From an uncultured Dehalococcoidales bacterium (GTDB taxonomy: Bacteria; Chloroflexota; Dehalococcoidia; Dehalococcoidales; CAYFFA01): 39,354 nt of DNA. Below, in pieces: positions 32,602 to 39,354 of this stretch. Each line of letters opens with the position of its first letter. Within the stretch, counting starts at the first letter, position 1. The stretch spans positions 1 through 39,354 of the forward strand of contig CAYFFA010000002.1 in the NCBI GenBank assembly GCA_964342375.1. Reading direction: 5' to 3'. The position numbers and the translations under genes are program-made. The notes beneath the pieces are model-generated. The model made no database searches. It was not told where the DNA came from and was given only the letters and a program-made list of their open reading frames with translations.

Positions 32602-33072
32602 ATGCCAAGGCGAGCCCGAGCTATAAGAAGAAACATACTACCTGATGCTAAATACCAGAATGTAACCGTAGCCATGTTGATCAATAAAATAATGATGTGT
32701 GGTAAAAAAAGCGTGTCAGAGAGTATTATTTATGATGCTCTCCATATTATGGAGCAACAGGAGAAAAAGGAGCCAGTTGCTATCTTGGAACAGGCAGTAA
32801 AGAATGCGACACCTCTGCTCGAGGTTAAGCCGCGCCGGGTTGGGGGTGCGACCTACCAGGTGCCAGTAGAAGTTCGAGCGGATCGTAGTCTGTCTCTGGC
32901 TATACGCTGGCTTGTAAAGTCAGCTAGGGACAGGACGGGTAAATCTATGGCAGAGAAGCTGGCGTCTGAACTCCGCGATGCTGCAAAGGGGCAGGGGGCA
33001 GCCATTAAAAAGCGTGAGGATACTCATAGAATGGCTGAGGCTAATAGAGCCTTTGCTCACTACAGGTGGTGA
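32602..33072 (+). CDS. rpsG: 30S ribosomal protein S7
   Basis: The 156-aa protein has PD.KY......MLINKIM..GKKS and GGATYQVPVEV motifs. Confidence 0.97.
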   Translation: MPRRARAIRRNILPDAKYQNVTVAMLINKIMMCGKKSVSESIIYDALHIMEQQEKKEPVAILEQAVKNATPLLEVKPRRVGGATYQVPVEVRADRSLSLAIRWLVKSARDRTGKSMAEKLASELRDAAKGQGAAIKKREDTHRMAEANRAFAHYRW

Positions 33073-33139
33073 GAGGTTCTCTGTTTCATTCCGATGTTAG
33101 AGTGAAAAGCCTAATATCATAAAATTAGAGGGTGAAGTT

Positions 33140-35224
33140 GTGCCTAGAAGTTTCCCACTAGAGCGTATACGAAATATAGCTATTATTGCTCACATCGATG
33201 CTGGTAAGACCACCGTCACCGAGAGGATATTATATCATACCGGTTGTACCTACAAGATAGGTGAGGTAGATCAAGGAACGGCTGTGATGGATTGGATGGA
33301 GCCGGAAAGAGAGCGTGGTATCACTATTACGGCGGCGGCTACCACCTGTTATTGGCGCGACCACCGTATCAATATTATCGATACGCCAGGGCATGTGGAT
33401 TTTACCGCTGAAGTGGAGCGCAGCCTTAGAGTACTAGATGGTGGGGTGGTGGTTTTTGATGCTGTGGCTGGGGTTGAAGCTCAATCAGAGACAGTATGGC
33501 GGCAGGCTGACAGATATAATGTGCCCAGAATATGCCTTATTAATAAGATGGACCGGATTGGTGCCGATTTTGACCGTACTGTGAAAATGATTGAAGAGAG
33601 ACTGCTGGCCGTGCCTCTGCCGATACAATTGCCCTTAGGCACCGAAGATTCATATGAAGGCATTATTGATTTGATAGAGAATAAGGCATGGCGCTTTGAT
33701 GGAAGACTTGATTCAGAGCCGGTGGAGGTAGCTATTCCTGATGCGGAACGGGCAAGGTGTGATGAATTCCGTCAGGCACTGATTGAGAAAGTGGCTGAAC
33801 TTGACGAGCAGATTATGATAGCTTATATTGAGGGTACCACTATTACTGCTGATGAGTTGAGACAAGGCGTGAGGCGGATAACCTTGGCTGATGCAGCGGT
33901 CCCTATCCTTTGCGGTAGCGCATCGAAGAATAAGGCCATTCAGCCTTTGCTTGATGCTATTGTCAGCTATCTGCCTTCCCCGTTGAATATGCCACCGGTG
34001 TCGGCTATCGACTCGAGGGTGGGTGCCAAGGTTACCTGCTCTGCCAGTGATGATGCTCCATTTGCTGCCCTGGCGTTTAAAGTAGTGGCTGACCCCTTTG
34101 TCGGCAGGCTGGCTTACTTCAGGGTGTATTCCGGACAGGTGAAGGCGGGGGCGCAGGTATTTAATTCCACCCGGGGCAAGCGTGAACGTCTTGGACGGCT
34201 ACTACTAATGCATGCCAATCGACGTGAGGAGTTATCTGAAGTTGGTACCGGAGATATTGTAGCTACATTAGGCCTTAAACATACTTTTACTGGCGATACC
34301 CTGTGTCATGTCTCCCATCCAGTGCTTCTTGAATCTATCCGCTTTGCTGAGCCAGTGGTATCTGTTGCCATTGAGCCTAAAACTAGGGCTGACCAGGAAA
34401 AGATGGATGCCTCCTTGCAAAGGCTAACTGAGGAAGACCCTACCTTTAAAGTAAATTATAACCATGAGACAGGACAGTTGGTTATCTCGGGTATGGGCGA
34501 GCTTCATCTGGAAATACTGGTAGATAGAATGGTTAGTGAATTTGGAGTTGGGGCTAAGATAGGTACACCGCAGGTCGCCTATAAGGAGACTATCACCATA
34601 CCGGCGCAAGCTGAAGGAAAATTTGTCCGCCAGAGCGGAGGGCGCGGCCAATATGGTCATGTCTCTATTGAGCTTGAGCCTATGGAGCGCGGCAGCGGCT
34701 TTGAGTTAATTGACCGGGTTAAGGGTGGAGTCGTCCCCAAAGATTATATTCAGGCTGCTGGGGTCGGGATTAAGGAGGCGATGGAGGCCGGGGTGATAGC
34801 AGGTTATCCTGTTGTCGATGTTAAAGCTACCATTTATGATGGTAGCTTTCATGAGGTTGACTCTTCACCGATAGCCTTTAAGATGGCGGGCTCAATAGCA
34901 CTGAAGGCGGGCGTCCGTAAGGCTAAGCCGGTTCTTCTGGAGCCGATTATGAGGCTGGAAGTAGTGACCCCGGGGCAGTTTATGGGTGATGTGATAGGTG
35001 ACCTCACTGCAAGACGGGGGCACATTGAAGCTATTGAGACCCAGTATGCTGGATTATGTATTATTCGTTGTCTTATACCATTAGCCGAAGCCTTTGGCTA
35101 TGCTACCGGTCTCAGGTCATTGACTCAGGGTAGGGCTACCCATTCCCTGGAGCCTTATCGTTACCAGGAGCTACCATCCGGGTTGAGCGGGCACCTGTTG
35201 GATCAGGTTTTGGCTACGCGGTAA
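33140..35224 (+). CDS. fusA: Elongation factor G
   Basis: The 694-aa protein has [17 protein letters not shown], and NKMD GTPase motifs, and is collinear with EF-G throughout. The start is GTG. Confidence 0.97.
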   Translation: MPRSFPLERIRNIAIIAHIDAGKTTVTERILYHTGCTYKIGEVDQGTAVMDWMEPERERGITITAAATTCYWRDHRINIIDTPGHVDFTAEVERSLRVLDGGVVVFDAVAGVEAQSETVWRQADRYNVPRICLINKMDRIGADFDRTVKMIEERLLAVPLPIQLPLGTEDSYEGIIDLIENKAWRFDGRLDSEPVEVAIPDAERARCDEFRQALIEKVAELDEQIMIAYIEGTTITADELRQGVRRITLADAAVPILCGSASKNKAIQPLLDAIVSYLPSPLNMPPVSAIDSRVGAKVTCSASDDAPFAALAFKVVADPFVGRLAYFRVYSGQVKAGAQVFNSTRGKRERLGRLLLMHANRREELSEVGTGDIVATLGLKHTFTGDTLCHVSHPVLLESIRFAEPVVSVAIEPKTRADQEKMDASLQRLTEEDPTFKVNYNHETGQLVISGMGELHLEILVDRMVSEFGVGAKIGTPQVAYKETITIPAQAEGKFVRQSGGRGQYGHVSIELEPMERGSGFELIDRVKGGVVPKDYIQAAGVGIKEAMEAGVIAGYPVVDVKATIYDGSFHEVDSSPIAFKMAGSIALKAGVRKAKPVLLEPIMRLEVVTPGQFMGDVIGDLTARRGHIEAIETQYAGLCIIRCLIPLAEAFGYATGLRSLTQGRATHSLEPYRYQELPSGLSGHLLDQVLATR

Positions 35225-35238
35225 GCTGGGAGTTTTAT

Positions 35239-35547
35239 ATGCCGAAGCAGAAGATTCGTATCAAGTTAAAAAGTTTTGACCACAGGATGCTTGACCAATC
35301 TGCGCAGCAGATCGTAACGGCTGTGGAGCGTACCGGAGCAGTTGTTGTTGGACCTATACCCCTGCCTACCCGTATTCAGAAGTTCAGCGTTGTCCGGTCC
35401 CCTTTTATAGACAAGGACTCACAGGAGCAGTTTGAGATTAGAACTCATAAGCGTCTTATTGATATTGTAGAGACAACCTCTAAAACTATAGACGCCTTAA
35501 CTAGCCTGAATCTACCCTCAGGGGTTGATATAGATATTAAGCTATAG
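35239..35547 (+). CDS. rpsJ: 30S ribosomal protein S10
   Basis: The 102-aa protein reads [13 protein letters not shown]......GPIPLPT. Confidence 0.97.
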   Translation: MPKQKIRIKLKSFDHRMLDQSAQQIVTAVERTGAVVVGPIPLPTRIQKFSVVRSPFIDKDSQEQFEIRTHKRLIDIVETTSKTIDALTSLNLPSGVDIDIKL

Positions 35548-35564
35548 GATGAGATAGTATAAGA

Positions 35565-36188
35565 ATGATTCAAGGTATTATCGGCAGAAAGCTAGGTATG
35601 TCCCAGATATTCAGTGATGATGGCAAAGCTGAGGCAGTAACTGCCATTGAGGCTGGCCCGTGCACTGTAACGCAGGTTAGAACTGTGGATAAGGAAGGAT
35701 ATAATGCTGCCCAGATTGGGTTTGGGGAAGCCAGGCGCCTCAGTTCTCCTCAGCGAGGGCATCTCAAGGAGCTGGAGCAGTTCAGACATCTCCGGGAGTT
35801 CAGGGTAGATGATAGCGAGGCAATTGAGGTGGGGCAGAAGATTGATGTCGGCCTGTTCGAGGTCGGTGACCTGGTCGATGTTACCGGGGTATCAAGGGGC
35901 ATGGGCTTTGCTGGCGTGGTGAAACGTCATGGTTTTGCCGGTGGCCCTAAAACCCACGGGCAATCAGACCGGCACCGCCATCCCGGCTCCATAGGGGCTG
36001 GTACCTCGCCGGGTAGGGTACTCAAAGGGAAAAAGATGGCAGGACATATGGGAAATAACCGGGTAACGGTGCGCCACTTAAAGGTGTTGGAGACTGACCT
36101 AGCTCGAAACCTGTTGCGGGTTAAGGGTGCAGTCCCCGGGTCTAGGAATGGACTACTACTGATAAAGAAATCGGAGGGGAGGAGGTAA
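35565..36188 (+). CDS. rplC: 50S ribosomal protein L3
   Basis: It has GIIGRKLGMSQIF and GKGFAGV-like GMGFAGVVKRHGF motifs. Confidence 0.97.
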   Translation: MIQGIIGRKLGMSQIFSDDGKAEAVTAIEAGPCTVTQVRTVDKEGYNAAQIGFGEARRLSSPQRGHLKELEQFRHLREFRVDDSEAIEVGQKIDVGLFEVGDLVDVTGVSRGMGFAGVVKRHGFAGGPKTHGQSDRHRHPGSIGAGTSPGRVLKGKKMAGHMGNNRVTVRHLKVLETDLARNLLRVKGAVPGSRNGLLLIKKSEGRR

Positions 36189-36192
36189 GGAA

Positions 36193-36849
36193 GTGCAAGT
36201 GCCAGTCTATAGTCTCGCCGGTGAGGTCATCAAACATATCGAGATAAATGATGACGTTTTTGGTGTGCCGTTCAATGAGTCTGTGGTACATCAGGCAATG
36301 GTAAGACAGCTAGCGAACGTCCGTCAAGGTACGGCTAATACTAAAACTCGCAGTGAGGTTGCCGGTAGCAAGGGGAAGTTGTTCCGGCAAAAACACACTG
36401 GCATGGCTCGGGCTGGCAGCAAGAGGTCGCCACTGCGCCGAGGAGGTGGCGTTGCTTTCGGTCCTAAGCCCAGAAGTTACAGGCAAGCGATGCCGAAAAA
36501 GATGCGCCGATTAGCTCTTAAGTGCGTCCTGTCAGCGAAGGTCGGAGACGGAGAGTTAAAGATTCTGGAGCAACTCGAGCTTGAGAAACCAGTGACCAAG
36601 GAAATGGTGAAGATTTTAACCGCGTTGGGGGTGGGCTCCTCGGCTCTTATCGTTACCTCTGAGCCAGAAGATGACATTATTAAGTCAGCCTGTAACCTTC
36701 CGAAAGTTAAAACTCTCCCCGCCAATCTACTTAATGTAGTTGACATCCTTTCATGTAAGATGCTATTAATGACCGAGGCTGCGGTGCACAAATCTGAGCA
36801 ACTCTGGGGTCAGAAGTTATCGCCAGGAGGAAGCGATGCATCTCTATGA
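36193..36849 (+). CDS. rplD: 50S ribosomal protein L4
   Basis: It has a typical L4 core (RQGTANTKTRSEV.GS..K..RQKHTGMARAGS). The start is GTG, after GAGGAGG. Confidence 0.95.
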   Translation: MQVPVYSLAGEVIKHIEINDDVFGVPFNESVVHQAMVRQLANVRQGTANTKTRSEVAGSKGKLFRQKHTGMARAGSKRSPLRRGGGVAFGPKPRSYRQAMPKKMRRLALKCVLSAKVGDGELKILEQLELEKPVTKEMVKILTALGVGSSALIVTSEPEDDIIKSACNLPKVKTLPANLLNVVDILSCKMLLMTEAAVHKSEQLWGQKLSPGGSDASL

Positions 36850-37120
36850 GGTATTACGCCGTCCGTTAATAACGGAGAAGAATGCCGCCCTGCAAGCTGA
36901 GGGCAAATACGTTTTTGAGGTAGCTGGTGAGGCTAATAAGAATCAGATTAAGCAGGCTGTGGAGAAGGCATTCAAGGTCAAGGTGACCGCGGTTAATGTG
37001 ATAAAAGTGCCTAGTAAAACGCGCAGGGTAGGGAGACAACTGGTATTGACTCAACCCCGGAAAAAGGCAGTTGTCACCCTGCAGCCGGGGGACAAGATTG
37101 AACTCTTTGAAAGTGTATAA
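36836..37120 (+). CDS. rplW: 50S ribosomal protein L23
   Basis: The 94-aa protein has L.RPLITEK and KVTAVNV motifs. It overlaps the end of rplD by 14 nt. Confidence 0.95.
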   Translation: MHLYEVLRRPLITEKNAALQAEGKYVFEVAGEANKNQIKQAVEKAFKVKVTAVNVIKVPSKTRRVGRQLVLTQPRKKAVVTLQPGDKIELFESV

Positions 37121-37139
37121 TGTTAGCGGGGGAGACTAA

Positions 37140-37967
37140 ATGGCATTAAAGGTATATCGTCCCACTTCTCCAGGTAGGCGGGGTATGACTAGCTCCACCT
37201 TTGAGGAGATAACTAAGAGCGAGCCAGAGAAATCGTTACTGTTACCGCTTAAAAAGAGGGCGGGACGCAATAATCAGGGAAGAATAACGGTTCGCCACCG
37301 GGGTGGCGGTGCCAAGCGAAATTTGCGCGTTATTGATTTCAAGCGGGACAAGCTTGGTGTTCCGGGCAGAGTGGCGGCGATTGAATATGACCCTAATCGT
37401 TCTGCGCGTATTGCTCTAATTCATTATGCCGATGGCGAGAAGCGTTATATCATTGCTCCCCTCGAACTTAATATTGGGGATACAATAAAGTCAGGCACCG
37501 ATGCTGAAATAAAACCAGGAAACACTTTGCCGATGCAATTAATCCCCACCGGGACTTTAATCCATAATATTGAGTTGGGAAAGGGGAGAGGCGGACAGTT
37601 GGTGCGGGGCGCCGGGACTGCAGCTCAACTAATGGCAAAGGAGGGTGAGTATGCCCTAGTACGACTGCCCTCTGGAGAGATGCGGCGTGTCCGCAGTGAT
37701 TGTTCGGCCACTGTTGGGCAGGTAGGAAATGCTGACCATGAGGGCATTAGTTTGGGTAAGGCGGGTCGTAGCCGCTGGTTGGGTCGGCGTCCTACAGTGA
37801 GAGGTTCAGCGATGAGTCCACGTGACCACCCTCATGGTGGGGGAGAAGGTAGGTCCCCGATAGGTATGCCTGGGCCAAAAACACCATGGGGAAAACCTGC
37901 CCTGGGATATAGAACTCGCAGGCCAAAAGCTTCAGATAAGTTGATTGTTAAGCGCCGAGGGAAGTAG
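37140..37967 (+). CDS. rplB: 50S ribosomal protein L2
   Basis: The 275-aa protein has RHRGGG.KR, YDPNRSA.IAL, and HPHGGGEG motifs. Confidence 0.97.
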   Translation: MALKVYRPTSPGRRGMTSSTFEEITKSEPEKSLLLPLKKRAGRNNQGRITVRHRGGGAKRNLRVIDFKRDKLGVPGRVAAIEYDPNRSARIALIHYADGEKRYIIAPLELNIGDTIKSGTDAEIKPGNTLPMQLIPTGTLIHNIELGKGRGGQLVRGAGTAAQLMAKEGEYALVRLPSGEMRRVRSDCSATVGQVGNADHEGISLGKAGRSRWLGRRPTVRGSAMSPRDHPHGGGEGRSPIGMPGPKTPWGKPALGYRTRRPKASDKLIVKRRGK

Positions 37968-37972
37968 GTAAA

Positions 37973-38257
37973 ATGTCAAGATCAATTAAAAAGGGGCCAG
38001 CCGTTGATGCCAAGCTGCAAAAGAAGGTAGAAGCACTTATTCGCTCTGGGCAGAAGGCAGTAATAAAAACATGGGCGCGCTCGTCCACTATCTTACCCGA
38101 TATGGTGGGGCTTACGATTGGCGTGCATGACGGGCGGAGACATGTGCCTATCTATATCACTGAGAATATGGTGGGGCATAAGTTAGGTGAATTCGCGTCA
38201 ACCCGAACTTTCAGGGGGCATGCAGGTAAGACGGAAAGGGTTACCCGGATAAAATAA
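37973..38257 (+). CDS. rpsS: 30S ribosomal protein S19
   Basis: The 94-aa protein has SRSIKKGP and [13 protein letters not shown] motifs. Confidence 0.97.
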   Translation: MSRSIKKGPAVDAKLQKKVEALIRSGQKAVIKTWARSSTILPDMVGLTIGVHDGRRHVPIYITENMVGHKLGEFASTRTFRGHAGKTERVTRIK

Positions 38258-38297
38258 TAAAAAATCAGGTTATATGGGTTTTAATAAGGCATAAACT

Positions 38298-38636
38298 ATG
38301 GAAGTGAGATCAGTAGCTAAAGATACTGGGGTATCACCGCGTAAGGTGCGACCGCTGGTAAATATGGTGAGGGGTAAAAATGTGGATGAGGCATTAACCA
38401 TGCTCAGGTTTACCCCTACACCGACGGCTCGAGTAGTGGCTAAGGCAGTGAAATCAGCAGCGGCTAATGCGGAGAATAATTCTCAGATGTCCCCATCAGA
38501 ATTAAAGATTGTCAGTATCTTTGCTGATGAGGCGCGAACCTTGAAGAGGTTTCGTCCTCGGGCTCGAGGGCGAGCCAATTCTATTCTTAAACATTCTAGT
38601 CATATTACGGTTATTGTTTCCGAGCAGGAGGGTTAG
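38298..38636 (+). CDS. rplV: 50S ribosomal protein L22
   Basis: The 112-aa protein has SPRKVR and RARGRA...KRTSHITV-like motifs. Confidence 0.95.
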   Translation: MEVRSVAKDTGVSPRKVRPLVNMVRGKNVDEALTMLRFTPTPTARVVAKAVKSAAANAENNSQMSPSELKIVSIFADEARTLKRFRPRARGRANSILKHSSHITVIVSEQEG

Positions 38637-38637
38637 T

Positions 38638-39354
38638 TTGGGACGTAAAGTTCATCCTATGGGCTTCAGAATCGGCGTCATACGAGATTGGCAGGCGAAG
38701 TGGTATTCTGAGAAGCATTATGGAGAGTTTTTGCACGAAGACCTGAAGCTTAGGAAGGCTATTCAATCTAAATATGCTGACTCAGCTATTTCTGCTGCGG
38801 ATATTGAACGCCAGGCGAATAAGGTGGCGATAACTATTTATACTACTCGCCCTGGCATCGTAATCGGGCGGGGAGGACAGCGAGTTGATGAAATGAGACT
38901 CTTCCTTGAGAACCTTATAGGGAAGAAGGTTCAATTGAATATCAGGGAGGTTCAACAGCCTGAACTTGACGCCTATTTGGTAGCCAGGACGGTAGCCGAC
39001 CAGCTTGGGCGCCGTGTCGCTTTTCGGAGGGCAATGAAGCAGGCAATCTTTCGCACTATTCAGGCTGGAGCTAAGGGAATAAAAATCAGTTGTTCTGGCA
39101 GATTGAGTGGTGGCGATATAGCTCGCCATCAGACCATGAGTGAGGGACGAGTGCCCTTACAGACACTACGGGCTGATATTGATTATGGCCTTGCTGAGGC
39201 GCATGTTGCCTTAGGCCTGATTGGAGTAAAGGTCTGGATATATAAAGGTGATATTCTGCCCGAGCTTGAGGTAGCAGAAGTTGAGGAAGCACTGGCTGAG
39301 CCAGTAGCGGAGGTAAGTGCGGAAGCAGCGCCCCCCGCGGAATCAGAGGAGAAG
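38638..39354 (+). CDS. rpsC: 30S ribosomal protein S3 (3' end runs off the window)
   Basis: This gene is not in the ORF track because no stop lies within the window. My translation from TTG 38638 is (M)GRKVHPMGFRIGVIRDWQAKWY...IVIGRGGQ...GRLSGGDIAR...EGRVPLQTLRADIDYG.... It is open to position 39354. Confidence 0.93.
   Translation, partial: MGRKVHPMGFRIGVIRDWQAKWYSEKHYGEFLHEDLKLRKAIQSKYADSAISAADIERQANKVAITIYTTRPGIVIGRGGQRVDEMRLFLENLIGKKVQLNIREVQQPELDAYLVARTVADQLGRRVAFRRAMKQAIFRTIQAGAKGIKISCSGRLSGGDIARHQTMSEGRVPLQTLRADIDYGLAEAHVALGLIGVKVWIYKGDILPELEVAEVEEALAEPVAEVSAEAAPPAESEEK

Noticed and set aside
1-39354. Search for CRISPR arrays, tRNA/rRNA genes, transposases, integrases, reverse transcriptases, toxin-antitoxin pairs or obvious defence islands
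   Set aside because: I could see none in either strand's ORFs or in the intergenic regions. Apart from the ribosomal operon, the window looks like core metabolic chromosome rather than a mobile or defence island.

Overview
This is a densely coding 39.4-kb bacterial chromosomal segment with about 50 genes. I saw no rRNA, tRNA, CRISPR array, transposase or integrase. All calls come from reading the supplied translations and the DNA by eye; no database search was possible. Layout, left to right: (1) 1-10.6 kb is an acyl-CoA radical-enzyme cluster. On the + strand it has the tail of an HGD-D/Bcr-type subunit, two different BcrAD/HgdC-type ATPases, and a MaoC hydratase interrupted by an in-frame TGA. 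Converging on the - strand are two crotonases, a Sir2 gene remnant, a sigma70-like promoter, an acyl-CoA ligase, MeaB, an acyl-CoA dehydrogenase, and the large and small subunits of a divergent B12-dependent acyl-CoA mutase. (2) 10.6-16.1 kb is housekeeping: an EndoIII-like HhH-GPD protein, TrmO/TsaA, a LeuA/NifV-family synthase (possibly Re-citrate-synthase type), a CPA2 antiporter with an RCK domain, and argC. (3) 16.1-19.9 kb holds a small Cys-rich ORF that converges on a tightly packed - strand operon: ccdA, a TlpA-like thioredoxin, a DUF1464-like ASKHA protein, and a radical SAM/SPASM enzyme. (4) 20.0-21.2 kb is a frameshifted PD-(D/E)XK nuclease gene. (5) 21.26-28.0 kb has a cobalamin riboswitch with a terminator, followed by cbiB, cobD, an unexpected FMN-dependent alpha-hydroxy-acid dehydrogenase-family gene, an AT-rich insert carrying a ghost copy of the cobT start, and then cobT-cobS-cobC-cobU. 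(6) 28.0-31.8 kb has a YkoF/MTH1187-like protein, archease and rtcB, a 3'-truncated htpX, a rhomboid protease, and a response-regulator remnant. (7) 32.0-39.35 kb is the str/S10 ribosomal operon: rpsL, rpsG, fusA (no tuf), rpsJ, rplC, rplD, rplW, rplB, rpsS, rplV, and rpsC, which runs off the window. The best candidates for undescribed biology are the Bcr/Hgd-plus-B12-mutase cluster, whose mutase active site matches no characterised type; the ccdA-tlpA-DUF1464-rSAM/SPASM operon with its Cys-rich neighbour; and the FMN enzyme plus ghost cobT start inside the cobalamin locus. The window also holds an unusual number of decayed genes. The gene content suggests a B12-salvaging anaerobe, possibly Chloroflexota/Dehalococcoidia-like, but that is inference only.
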